A stretch of 64,000 nt of DNA from Candidatus Shikimatogenerans bostrichidophilus (GTDB lineage Bacteria > Bacteroidota > Bacteroidia > Flavobacteriales > Blattabacteriaceae), in assembly GCA_029851265.1 (NCBI GenBank), contig CP099827.1, forward strand, positions 111,107 to 175,106, read 5' to 3'. Made by a program: the position numbers and the translations under genes. Shown here piece by piece: positions 21,404-31,944 of the stretch (positions within the stretch are counted from its first letter, which is position 1; each line of letters opens with the position of its first letter). The notes under the pieces were generated by a model, which was not told the DNA's origin, did no database searches, and saw only the letters and a program-made list of their open reading frames with translations.

Positions 21404-23539
21404 ATGTATAAATTAATAAAAAAAAAAATATTATTAGATAATAATAGAAATATAATAATAGAAACAGGACAAATTGCAAATCAATCAGATGGTTCTGTAA
21501 TTATAAGAATGGGTAATACATTATTATTATCTACTGTAGTTTTAGGTAAAGAAGTAAAAGATAGTATTAATTTTGTGCCTTTAACTATTGATTATAGAGA
21601 AAAATTTTATGCTGGTGGTAAAATACCAGGTGGATTTATTAAAAGAGAAGGTAGACCATCTGAAGAAGAAATATTAACTATGAGAATAGTTGATAGATTA
21701 ATTAGACCTTTTATACCTAAAAATTTTAATAGAGAAATTCAAATAATGATATCTTTATTATCTTATGATAGTAAAGTTTTACCTGATAGTTTAGTTGGAT
21801 TAGCTTCATCATCTGCTTTATTAATTTCAGGAATTCCTTTTAATGGGCCAGTTTCTCAAATTAGATTAGCAAGAATAAATAATAAAATTATAGTAAATCC
21901 TAGTATTTATGAAATTAAAAAATCAGATATAAATTTAATAATAGGAGGATCATTAAAATCTATAATAATGATAGATGGTGAAATGAAAGAAATATCTAAT
22001 AAAAATTTATTGAAATTTATAAAAATTTCTCATAAAATTATTAAAAATCAAATAAATGATCAAATAAATTTTTTAAAAAAAATTAAAAAATATATTAAAA
22101 TAAAAAAAAAAAAATTTAATACTATTGATAATTATAAATTAAAAAAAAAAATAAAAAAATTATCATATAAAAAAATATATAAAATATCAAAAAAATATAA
22201 TTTTAAAAAAAATAGAAACGAACAATATAATATATTATTAGATAATATAAAAAAAAAATTTTCAGATGATTATTTAAAAAATAATGAAAATTTAATATAT
22301 AAATATTTTAATAATTATAAAAAAAAAAGTATAAGAAAATTAATAATTAATGAAAATTTAAGATTAGATGGTAGAAAACCTGATGATATAAGAAATATAT
22401 GGGGTATAGTAGATTATTTACCTGGTGTACATGGGTCAGCATTATTTACAAGAGGAGAAACACAATCTTTAACAACAGTTACCTTAGGATCATCTATAGA
22501 TGTAAATAAAATTGATAATGTAGTTATAGAATCTAATGAAAAATTTTATTTACATTATAATTTTCCTCCTTTTTCAACAGGAGAAGTAAAAAAAATAATA
22601 GGTATATCAAGAAGAGAAATAGGTCATGGAAATTTAGCTAAAAAATCATTAAAAAATATGATACCTAAAAACAATCCATATACTATTAGAGTAGTTTCAG
22701 ATATTTTAGAATCAAATGGGTCTTCTTCTATGGCTACAGTATGTGCAGCTACTTTAGCTTTAATGGATGCTGGTATTAAAATTAAAAATTCAGTAGCGGG
22801 TGTAGCTATGGGATTAATAATATATAAAAAAAAAAAAATTATTTTATCTGATATATTAGGTGAAGAAGATCATTATGGAGATATGGATTTTAAAATTACT
22901 AGAACTAAAAATGGTATTACATCTTGTCAAATGGATGTAAAAGATATAAATATTTTAAATAAAAAAATATTTTATAAAATTTTAAAAAAATCAGAAAAAT
23001 GTATATTACATATATTAAAAAAAATGAATAATATTTTGTCTAAACCAAGAATAAATATAAAATCTACATCACCAAAATTTTTTATTATAAAAATTCCTAA
23101 ACAATTTATAGGTATAATAATAGGTACAGGTGGTAAAAATATACAAAATTTACAATCTAATACTGAAACTAATATAATAATTACTGAAAAAAATAATGTT
23201 GGCATAATAGAAATATTTGGTAAAGATAAAAAAAACATAGATAAAGCTATAAAAAAAATAGAAGATATAGTTTTTATACCTAAAAAAGGAAATATATATA
23301 AAGCTAGAGTTAAAAGTATAAAAAAATTTGGTGCTTTTGTAGAATTGTCAAAAGGAGTAGAAGGGTTATTACATATATCTGAAATATCTTTTAGAAAATT
23401 TATAAAAATAGAAGATATTTTTAAAATAGGTGATTTAATAAAAGTTAAATATTTAGGAAAAGATAAAAAAACTGGTAAAATTAAATTATCTAGAAAAATA
23501 TTGTTTAAAAAAACAAATGAAGAAATTAAAAATAACTAA
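21404..23539 (+). CDS. pnp: Polyribonucleotide nucleotidyltransferase
   Basis: GKIPGGFIKREGRP, HGSALFTRGETQ, ESNGSSSMA, GDMDFK, KH and S1 domains. Confidence 0.98.
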   Translation: MYKLIKKKILLDNNRNIIIETGQIANQSDGSVIIRMGNTLLLSTVVLGKEVKDSINFVPLTIDYREKFYAGGKIPGGFIKREGRPSEEEILTMRIVDRLIRPFIPKNFNREIQIMISLLSYDSKVLPDSLVGLASSSALLISGIPFNGPVSQIRLARINNKIIVNPSIYEIKKSDINLIIGGSLKSIIMIDGEMKEISNKNLLKFIKISHKIIKNQINDQINFLKKIKKYIKIKKKKFNTIDNYKLKKKIKKLSYKKIYKISKKYNFKKNRNEQYNILLDNIKKKFSDDYLKNNENLIYKYFNNYKKKSIRKLIINENLRLDGRKPDDIRNIWGIVDYLPGVHGSALFTRGETQSLTTVTLGSSIDVNKIDNVVIESNEKFYLHYNFPPFSTGEVKKIIGISRREIGHGNLAKKSLKNMIPKNNPYTIRVVSDILESNGSSSMATVCAATLALMDAGIKIKNSVAGVAMGLIIYKKKKIILSDILGEEDHYGDMDFKITRTKNGITSCQMDVKDINILNKKIFYKILKKSEKCILHILKKMNNILSKPRINIKSTSPKFFIIKIPKQFIGIIIGTGGKNIQNLQSNTETNIIITEKNNVGIIEIFGKDKKNIDKAIKKIEDIVFIPKKGNIYKARVKSIKKFGAFVELSKGVEGLLHISEISFRKFIKIEDIFKIGDLIKVKYLGKDKKTGKIKLSRKILFKKTNEEIKNN

Positions 23540-24419
23540 AAAATTTACTAATATAGAAGAATCTGAATCTTTAAATAAATATTTACATGAAATAAGTAAA
23601 ATACCTTTGTTAACTTATGAAGAAGAAATTAAATTAGCTAAACAAATAAATAAAGGTTTAAAAATTAATGCTAGTAAAAAAGATAAAAAACAAAAAAAAA
23701 TATCACAAGATAAATTAGTTAAATCTAATTTAAGATTTGTTGTATCAGTTTCTAAACAATATCAAAATCAAGGGTTAAGTTTATCTGATTTAATAAATGA
23801 AGGTAATTTAGGTTTAATAAAAGCAGCTTTAAGATTTGATGAAACTAGAGGATTTAAATTTATATCTTATGCTGTTTGGTGGATAAGACAATGTATATTA
23901 CAAGCTATAGCTGATTTTTCTAGATGTGTAAGATCCCCAACAAATAAAATAGCTTTTTTGAATAAAGTAAATAAAGTATGTTCATATTTAGAACAAAAAT
24001 TACAAAGACAACCTTCAATAAAAGAAATATCTAAATATTTATCTGTTAGTGAAAAGGAAGTAGAAGATGTTTTAAAATATTCAGGAAAACATATATCATT
24101 AGACGCACCATTAATAGAAGGAGAAGGTATAAATTTATATGATGTTATAAGTTATAAAGATTCACCTAAACCAGATAATAAATTAAATAAAGAATCTTTA
24201 AAAAGAGATATTAAAAGATGTTTAAAAATTTTATCTAAAAGAGAAGAACAAGTAATAATTCTTTATTGTGGTTTATTTGGAAATAAACCTATGACATTTG
24301 AAGAAATAGCCAAAATGTTTATATTAACAAGAGAAAGAGTTAGACAAATACAAATTAGTGCATTTAAAAAATTAAAAAAATCAAAAAAAAGTAAAATATT
24401 AAAATTTTATTTAGGATAA
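23517..24419 (+). CDS. rpoD: Primary RNA polymerase sigma-70 factor (Bacteroidota short type)
   Basis: NLRFVVSVSKQY, DLINEGNLGL, FDETRGFKFISYAVWWIRQ and LTRERVRQI. Confidence 0.95.
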   Translation: MKKLKITKKFTNIEESESLNKYLHEISKIPLLTYEEEIKLAKQINKGLKINASKKDKKQKKISQDKLVKSNLRFVVSVSKQYQNQGLSLSDLINEGNLGLIKAALRFDETRGFKFISYAVWWIRQCILQAIADFSRCVRSPTNKIAFLNKVNKVCSYLEQKLQRQPSIKEISKYLSVSEKEVEDVLKYSGKHISLDAPLIEGEGINLYDVISYKDSPKPDNKLNKESLKRDIKRCLKILSKREEQVIILYCGLFGNKPMTFEEIAKMFILTRERVRQIQISAFKKLKKSKKSKILKFYLG

Positions 24420-24422
24420 AAT

Positions 24423-24452
24423 AAAGGAGATATAATATTTTATATCTCTTTT
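24423..24452. terminator. Hairpin at the convergent rpoD/pfkA junction
   Basis: AAAGGAGATATAA-TATT-TTATATCTCTTTT: 9-bp core stem (24427-24435/24440-24448), extended by a G:T pair and A:T pairs. Confidence 0.5.
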
Positions 24453-25435
24453 AAATACATATCTTTATAAATTTGTTTTATATTATCATCAAATTTTTTA
24501 TTATATTTTTGAATAGATTTATTAAATGGTATATATGTAATTTTATTATTTTTTATACCTATAACTATATTTTTTTTAAAATTAATTAATTGTTTAATAG
24601 ATTCTAATCCTAATCTAATAGCTAAAATTCTATCTAAACATGTAGGTGATCCACCTCTTTGTATATGACCTAATATTGAATATCTAATTTCATATTTATC
24701 AATTTTTTCTTTTATTTGATTGTATATTTTTTTAGCTGCATATCCTATATTTTTATTTTCTGCTACTATTATAATATTAGAATTTTTTTCTCCTTTTTTT
24801 AATAAATTTATAATTCTTTTTATATTATATTTATTATTTTTTTCTTTATTTATTATAATATCTAATGAACCAATAGCTATTCCACTATTTAAAGCTAAAA
24901 ATCCTAAATTTTTACCCATTACTTCTATAATAAAAATTCTATTATTAGAATTAGCAGTATCTTGAATTTTTTCTACTGCATATATAATAGTATTTAAAGC
25001 AGTATCATAACCTATTGTTAAATCAGTACCATATATATCATTATCTATAGTACCTGGAATACCTATAATTGGAAAATTATATTCTTCATTAAAAATAATA
25101 GATCCAGTAAAAGACCCATCACCACCTATAATTATTAATCCATCTAAATTATTATTAATAATATTATTATAAGCTTTTTTTCTACCTATTTTATTTTTAA
25201 ATTCTTCTGATCTACCAGAACCTAAAATAGTACCTCCTAGACCAATAATATTATTAACATTATTATTTGATAATTTAATAATATCTCCATTTATTAAACC
25301 ATTATAACCATTTTTAAAACCTAAACAATTAATATTATTTATATTAGAGTAATTAACTATTGATTTAATAGCTGCATTCATACCAGGTGAATCTCCACCT
25401 GAAGTTATAATTCCAATATTTTTTATTTTTATCAT
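24440..25435 (-). CDS. pfkA: ATP-dependent 6-phosphofructokinase
   Basis: TSGGDSPGMN, GGDGS, PGTIDND, EVMG and LGHIQRGG. Confidence 0.97.
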   Translation of the reverse strand: MIKIKNIGIITSGGDSPGMNAAIKSIVNYSNINNINCLGFKNGYNGLINGDIIKLSNNNVNNIIGLGGTILGSGRSEEFKNKIGRKKAYNNIINNNLDGLIIIGGDGSFTGSIIFNEEYNFPIIGIPGTIDNDIYGTDLTIGYDTALNTIIYAVEKIQDTANSNNRIFIIEVMGKNLGFLALNSGIAIGSLDIIINKEKNNKYNIKRIINLLKKGEKNSNIIIVAENKNIGYAAKKIYNQIKEKIDKYEIRYSILGHIQRGGSPTCLDRILAIRLGLESIKQLINFKKNIVIGIKNNKITYIPFNKSIQKYNKKFDDNIKQIYKDMYLKEI

Positions 25436-25634
25436 TACATAATAAATTTACTAAGATATAAATTATAAATAAATATAATTATTATTTTTACTTATTTAAT
25501 ATTTTTTTTTACTATGTTTTAAAATTTATATAACTATAAATATTTAAATTATATTAATTATTTTTTAATTTTACTTATTTATAACGTTAATAAATGGAGA
25601 ATTAATTAATATTTAATTTTTTTTGTAATAAAAA

Positions 25635-26048
25635 TTAAAATGGTAAATCATCGTCATTAAAATTATCTTTTATTTTTTTATTTTTTTTTTCTTCTTCATC
25701 GTCTTCATCTATGTTTTCATCGTTTTCATTTTTATTATTTATATAATCTGAATTTATTTCAAATAAATTTTCATTTTTTATTTTTTCTATTTTCCATGCT
25801 TGTATAGAGTTAAAATATTTATTTATTCCATCTTTATTAATCCATTCTCTACCTTTAATATTAATAAAAATTTTAACTTTATCATTAATTTTAATAAAAT
25901 TTAATAAATCTATTTTATCTTGTACAAAATCAATAATTATATTTTGTGGATATTGTTCATCAGTTATTATTATTATACTTTTTTTTTTAAAATTATTTTT
26001 AAATTTTTGAGTATGTAAAATATTTTTTATTCTACCTATTAAATACAT
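25635..26048 (-). CDS. DUF3127 family protein with acidic SSB-like C-terminal tail
   Basis: EQYPQ..F.QDK, INIKGREW and YFNSIQAWKI; ends DDDLPF. Confidence 0.85.
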   Translation of the reverse strand: MYLIGRIKNILHTQKFKNNFKKKSIIIITDEQYPQNIIIDFVQDKIDLLNFIKINDKVKIFINIKGREWINKDGINKYFNSIQAWKIEKIKNENLFEINSDYINNKNENDENIDEDDEEEKKNKKIKDNFNDDDLPF

Positions 26049-26117
26049 AATTTTTTGTAATTTATTTTATAAATATATTAGTTTTTATAATTCAATTTAT
26101 TTTAAAATTAATAAAAA

Positions 26118-26426
26118 TTAAAATATTCCTAATTCTAATTTTGCTTCTTCACTAATCATTTTTTTATTCCATGGTGGATCAAAAGTAATATTTATATTTA
26201 CATTTTTAATTTTTTTAATTTTTTTTTTTATATTATTTTTAATATCTTCTAATATTTTATTATATAATGGACAATTAGGAGAAGTTAAAGTCATAATAAT
26301 AAATATATCTTTTTTTTTTATATTAATATCATATATCAAGCCCATATCATATATATTAATATTAATTTCTGGATCATATATATTTTTTAATATTGATATT
26401 ATTTTTTTTTTTTTAATTTTTATCAT
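26118..26426 (-). CDS. sufT: DUF59/SufT Fe-S cluster assembly protein
   Basis: IYDPEININIYDMGLIY, MTLTSPNCP, FDPPW and SEEAKLELG. Confidence 0.92.
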   Translation of the reverse strand: MIKIKKKKIISILKNIYDPEININIYDMGLIYDINIKKKDIFIIMTLTSPNCPLYNKILEDIKNNIKKKIKKIKNVNINITFDPPWNKKMISEEAKLELGIF

Positions 26427-27099
26427 TTTTAAAAAAAAATTTTTTAAAAATAAAAATTATTTTTTTTAAAGTATTAATATTTTTAATTTTATGTTTAAAT
26501 TTTTTATAATTACCTATTATTATAATTTATTATATATTTTTTTAATACTTTTTATATTAATTTATTTATTTAAAATATAATTTATTATTTTTTTTTTATA
26601 TATACTATTAATATTAATTAAATTATTTAAAATTATATAATATTAAATAAAAGTTAAATTTTATTATATGTAATAATAATGTAATAAAATATTTCATATT
26701 TAGTATTATAAGCATTTTTTATACAACCATTTAATTTTATTAATTTTAAAATACTACTTTTAAAAAAAAAATTATATCATTAAAACATTAAATGTTAAAA
26801 AAAAATGTTAAAATATTTTTTATTTTTATGATCATTTTTTTACCCTACTTTATAATATAAAAAAAAATTAATAATAGGTAATTTTTTATATTTATGTAAT
26901 ATTACTGTTAAATTATTATTAAATTTATATTTTTAAAAATTTATTTTTTTATTAAAATTAATTTATTATATATTTAATTTTTAAAAAACAATTAAATTTA
27001 TGATTATAGATAATAAAATATATAAATATATAAATAATATAATAAATAATAAGGAACCATATTACTTAAAACAGTAAATTTAATTTTTAAAAAATAATT
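26427..27099 (-). pseudogene. Probable eroded gene remnant of unknown identity
   Basis: About 670 bp with no long ORF in an otherwise packed window; short hydrophobic reading segments on the minus strand (e.g. [20 protein letters not shown]). Confidence 0.35.
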
Positions 27100-28557
27100 T
27101 TATTTATCTATTATAGATATATAATTTTTTAATAATTTTCTTATTTTATCTGAAAAATAATACATTTTTTTTTTTTTCATTTTATTTCTAATTTTTAATA
27201 AACTTTTAATTAAAAAATATATTTTTTTTTTTTTAAATAATTTTTTTTTTTTTTTAATTATTTTTAATCCTAAAATATCTATTATAAAAATTTTCATTAT
27301 TTTTTTTAATTTTTCTAAATCTTTAAATGTAATTTGTAATTCTTTATTTATACATTTATCTATAAAATTATTAATTTTAAATAAATTATATATTAATAAT
27401 GGTATATTAAAATCATCGTTTAAAGAGTTATAACATTCATTACATAATATATTAACATCTATAGATGATTTTTTTTTAGTTTTTACTTTTTTTACTTTTT
27501 TAAAAAAATTTAATAAAGATATATAATTTTTTTTTGCATTTTCTATTGATTTTTTAGATAAATTAATAACTTTTCTATAATGAGTTTGTATAATATATAA
27601 TCTAATAATTATAGGATTAATTTTTTTGTAATTAGTAATTTTTAATTTTCCATTAATAATATCATATGGTAAAATAAAATTATTTAAAGATTTACTCATT
27701 TTTTTATTATTTATAGTTAACATATTAGTATGTAACCAATATTTAGCTAAATTATTATTATTATTATTTATTACATTAGATTGAGAAATTTCACATTCAT
27801 GATGAGGAAATTTTAAATCACTTCCACCACCATGTATGTCAAAATAATTTCCTAAAAATTTATTGCTTAATGTAGTACAACCCATGTGCCAACCAGGTAT
27901 CCCCTCTCCCCATGGGGAATTCCATTTTATAATATTATTATTTTTATTTTTTTTCCAAATAACAAAATCAAAAAAATTTTTTTTTTCATTTAAAAATTTA
28001 TTTTTAATTATAAATTCATTTTTAATATTTATATTATTTAATATTTTACCATAATTTCCATTTTTTTTATTATATTTTTCTATATCAAAATAAATAGATC
28101 CATTATATTTATAAGCTAAATTTAATTTAACTATTTTTTTTATATTTTCTATTTGTTCAATTATATGACATGTAGTTTTAGGTTCTATATTAGGAGATAA
28201 AATATTTAATATTTTTAAAATTTTATTAAAATTTAAAAAATATTTTTGAATTATTGTAATATAATTAAAATACTGAAAGTTTAAATTTTTATCATTTATA
28301 TTATTATTATTTATATTTATATCTGTAATATTACGAACATATTTAACATTAAAATTTAAATGTTTAAAATATCTATATACAATATCAAAAAATATAAAAG
28401 TTCTACAATTACCTAAATGTATATAATTATATAACGTTGGACCACACACATACATATTTATATAATTATTTTTAATAGGAATAAATTTTTCTTTTTTTCT
28501 ATTTATAGAATTATATATGAAAATTTGATTTTTTGCATTATATATTATTTTTTTCAT
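27100..28557 (-). CDS. cysS: Cysteine--tRNA ligase
   Basis: MYVCGPT..HLGN, WNSPWGEGIPGWH, DIHGGGSDLKFPHHE and KMSKS. Confidence 0.98.
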   Translation of the reverse strand: MKKIIYNAKNQIFIYNSINRKKEKFIPIKNNYINMYVCGPTLYNYIHLGNCRTFIFFDIVYRYFKHLNFNVKYVRNITDININNNNINDKNLNFQYFNYITIIQKYFLNFNKILKILNILSPNIEPKTTCHIIEQIENIKKIVKLNLAYKYNGSIYFDIEKYNKKNGNYGKILNNINIKNEFIIKNKFLNEKKNFFDFVIWKKNKNNNIIKWNSPWGEGIPGWHMGCTTLSNKFLGNYFDIHGGGSDLKFPHHECEISQSNVINNNNNNLAKYWLHTNMLTINNKKMSKSLNNFILPYDIINGKLKITNYKKINPIIIRLYIIQTHYRKVINLSKKSIENAKKNYISLLNFFKKVKKVKTKKKSSIDVNILCNECYNSLNDDFNIPLLIYNLFKINNFIDKCINKELQITFKDLEKLKKIMKIFIIDILGLKIIKKKKKLFKKKKIYFLIKSLLKIRNKMKKKKMYYFSDKIRKLLKNYISIIDK

Positions 28558-28635
28558 TATTTAACAAATAAATATTATTTATTTTTTTTAAAAAAATATA
28601 ATTAAATTATTTATAATAATAAAATAAATTTATTT

Positions 28636-30081
28636 ATGAAAGATAAAGATTATATTAATTTAATTATATCTACTAAATTAGCTTATTTTTCTAAAATTAA
28701 AGGTTTTATGATACTTAGACCTTATGGATATAAAATTTGGGAAAATATTAAAAATATATTAAATAAAATGTTAATAAAAACTAATCATGAAAATGTATAT
28801 TTTCCATTATTAATACCTAAATCTTTATTTAATATTGAAAATAATTATATTAAAAGTTTTTCTAAAGAATGTGCTATTGTTACTCATTCTAGATTAAAAA
28901 TAAAAGATAATAAAGTTATTATAGATCCTTCTTCAAAATTAAATGAAGAATTAATAATAAGACCTACATCTGAAACAATAATATGGGATACATATAAAGA
29001 ATGGATACAATCTTATAGAGATTTACCTGTATTAATTAATCAATGGTCAAATGTTGTTAGATTAGAAATGAAAAATAAAATATTTATAAGAAATTCTGAA
29101 TTTCTTTGGCAAGAAGGTCATACAGCTCATGCTTATAAAAAAGATGCAATAATTGAAATAAATATAATAAAAAAAATATATAAAAATTTAATAAAAAAAA
29201 AATTATCTATTCCATTTATATCAGGTTATAAAACAAATATAGAAAAATTTTCAGGTGCTAAATATACATATTCATTTGAATCTTTAACTAAATATAATGG
29301 TAAATCTATTCAATTAGCTACTATACATTTTTTAGCTAAAAATTTTTCTAAAGCTTTTAATGTAATGTTTACTAATAAAAATGGTAAAAAAAAATATGTA
29401 TGGTCAACATCATGGGGAATATCTACTAGATTAATAGGAGCTATAATAATGATACATTCTGATAATAAAGGTTTAATTTTACCTCCTAAAATAGCACCTA
29501 TACAAGTAGTAATAATACCTATTATTAATAATAAAAATTTAATTTACAAAAATAAAATTAATAATATAATAAAAAAAATTATTAATAATTTAAAAAAAAT
29601 AAAAATAAAAGTAAAATATGATAATAATAAATATATAACACCAGGTAATAAATTTTTTAAATATGAAAAAATGGGAGTACCAATAAGAATAACTATAGGT
29701 AAAAAAGAAATAGATAAAAATATTATGGAAATTACCAGAAGAGATAATTTTAAAAAATATTATTTAAATATTAATAATTTTAAAAAAAAAATAATAAAAA
29801 TTTTAAATAAAATACAAAAAAATATATATATAAAAGCTAAAAAAAATATGAAAAAAAAAACATTTTTTATAGATGATTATAACTTATTTAAAGAAAAAAT
29901 ATATAATAACTGTGGTTTTATAATATCACATTGGGATAAAAATAATAAAACAGAATTAAAAATAAAAGAAGAAACAAAAGCTACTATAAGATGTATTCCT
30001 AATAAATTTAAAGAAAAAGGAAGATGTATATATAGTGGTAAAAAATCATATAAAAGAGTAGTTTTTGGTAAATCATATTAA
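28636..30081 (+). CDS. proS: Proline--tRNA ligase (eukaryote/archaea-like type, as in Bacteroidota)
   Basis: IRPTSET, EFLWQEGHTAH, SWGISTRLIGA, TIRCIP and terminal FGKSY. Confidence 0.97.
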   Translation: MKDKDYINLIISTKLAYFSKIKGFMILRPYGYKIWENIKNILNKMLIKTNHENVYFPLLIPKSLFNIENNYIKSFSKECAIVTHSRLKIKDNKVIIDPSSKLNEELIIRPTSETIIWDTYKEWIQSYRDLPVLINQWSNVVRLEMKNKIFIRNSEFLWQEGHTAHAYKKDAIIEINIIKKIYKNLIKKKLSIPFISGYKTNIEKFSGAKYTYSFESLTKYNGKSIQLATIHFLAKNFSKAFNVMFTNKNGKKKYVWSTSWGISTRLIGAIIMIHSDNKGLILPPKIAPIQVVIIPIINNKNLIYKNKINNIIKKIINNLKKIKIKVKYDNNKYITPGNKFFKYEKMGVPIRITIGKKEIDKNIMEITRRDNFKKYYLNINNFKKKIIKILNKIQKNIYIKAKKNMKKKTFFIDDYNLFKEKIYNNCGFIISHWDKNNKTELKIKEETKATIRCIPNKFKEKGRCIYSGKKSYKRVVFGKSY

Positions 30082-30115
30082 TGAGATATAATATAAATTA
30101 TATATATCTCATTAA
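30078..30115. terminator. 13-bp perfect inverted repeat at the convergent proS/htpG junction
   Basis: TTAATGAGATATA (30078-30090) pairs with TATATCTCATTAA (30103-30115). Confidence 0.6.
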
Positions 30116-30117
30116 AA

Positions 30118-31944
30118 TTATTTGTTATTTATATAAAGTTCATTAATTAAATTTTTAATAAATAAATTTAATTTTTCTCCTTTTAATAAATTATTTAATA
30201 TTAAATATAAATTTAATATGTTCTTTAACATATTATTTTTAATTTCTTTTTTTTTTTCATTTAAAATATTCTTTATAATTTTATTATTTATATTAATTAT
30301 AATATTATTATATTTATTTGATATTTTATTATTATTAAAATTATTTATTTTTTTTAATCTATTTATAAATTCAGGTATTGTAAAAATTATAGGTTGTAAA
30401 GATGATGATAATTTTTTTATTTTAATATTAAAATTTTCATTTAAATCTAAATTTTTTTTTATTAAAATTTTTAATTCTTCTATTTTATTTTTATCAATTA
30501 AAATATTATTATTATCATTAACTTCTTCTTGTATAATATCTGTTAAATCAGAGTCTACACTAACAAATAATAAATTATTATTTAACATTTCTAATTTTTG
30601 AATTAAATGATAAAACATAGGATTATTATATATTATAATATTTTTAAAACCTTTATTTATAGCATCTACAATATAATTATATTGTTTATTATAATTTGTA
30701 CAATATAAAATAACTATTTTATTATCTTTACTTATTTGTTTTTTATTATTTATAATATCTTTTTTTAATTCTTCTATAGTAAAAAATTTATTTTGTACAG
30801 TATAATATAACATTATATTACTATTATTTTGTAAAAAATAATCATTACTTATAATACCATATGTTACCAATGTTTCAATATATTTCCATTTTGTTTCTAA
30901 AATATTTCTATTATTTTTAATTTCATCTTCTATTTTATTACATATTTTTCTTACAATATAATTTGATATTTTTATTATATTATTATTATATTGTATACTA
31001 GATCTAGAAACATTTAATGGAATATCACATGAATCTATAATACCTTTTAATAATATTAAAAAATCTGGTATAATATCTTTAATATTATTAGTTATAAATA
31101 TTTGTTTTTGATATATATGAATTTTATTTATTTTAAAATCCATATATTTATCTATTTTGGGTAAATATAATATTCCTTTTAAATCAAATGGATAATCTGT
31201 TTTTAAATGTATACTCAAAATAGGATCATTAATATCTTCTTTATATAAATAATGATAAAAATCTTTACTTTCTTCTTCAGTAATATTATTTTTAATCCAA
31301 ATTGGATATTTATTATTTATAATTTTATTATCTAATTGAATAGGAGTAGGTAAAAAATTACAATATTTTTGTAATAATTTATTTATTGTAATAATATTTA
31401 AAAAATTTTCATTATTTTTATTAATATGTAATATTATTTTTGTTCCTCTATTTATAGATTTATCATTTAATTTTTCCATTAAAAATTTAATATCACCCTT
31501 ACAAATCCAATGTATAGCTGATTTATTTTTTTTATAAGATTTACTTATTATTTCTACTTTATCTGAAACTATAAAAGAAGAATAAAAACCTAATCCAAAA
31601 AATCCTATTATATTTTCTTTACAATCTTTATATTTTTTTATAAAATCTTCAGCTCCTGAAAAAGCTATAGTATTAATATACTTTTTAATTTCTTTTTCAC
31701 TCATACCTATACCATTATCTAAAATTTTAATAGTTTTATTTATTGAATCTACCTCTATATCAATCTTTAAGCTATTAATATCAATATTTAATTTTTTAAT
31801 ATTTATAATTTTTTTTAATTTTAAAATAGCATCATTAGCATTAGACACTAATTCTCTTATAAAAATATCATTATTAGAATATAAAAAATTTTTTAATATA
31901 GGAAAAATTTTTTTTGTATTTATATTTATATTACCTTTTTTCAT
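30118..31944 (-). CDS. htpG: Molecular chaperone HtpG (Hsp90)
   Basis: LYS..IFIRELVSNANDA, DNGIGM, GFFGLGFYSSF and DIPLNVSRS. Confidence 0.97.
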   Translation of the reverse strand: MKKGNININTKKIFPILKNFLYSNNDIFIRELVSNANDAILKLKKIINIKKLNIDINSLKIDIEVDSINKTIKILDNGIGMSEKEIKKYINTIAFSGAEDFIKKYKDCKENIIGFFGLGFYSSFIVSDKVEIISKSYKKNKSAIHWICKGDIKFLMEKLNDKSINRGTKIILHINKNNENFLNIITINKLLQKYCNFLPTPIQLDNKIINNKYPIWIKNNITEEESKDFYHYLYKEDINDPILSIHLKTDYPFDLKGILYLPKIDKYMDFKINKIHIYQKQIFITNNIKDIIPDFLILLKGIIDSCDIPLNVSRSSIQYNNNIIKISNYIVRKICNKIEDEIKNNRNILETKWKYIETLVTYGIISNDYFLQNNSNIMLYYTVQNKFFTIEELKKDIINNKKQISKDNKIVILYCTNYNKQYNYIVDAINKGFKNIIIYNNPMFYHLIQKLEMLNNNLLFVSVDSDLTDIIQEEVNDNNNILIDKNKIEELKILIKKNLDLNENFNIKIKKLSSSLQPIIFTIPEFINRLKKINNFNNNKISNKYNNIIININNKIIKNILNEKKKEIKNNMLKNILNLYLILNNLLKGEKLNLFIKNLINELYINNK

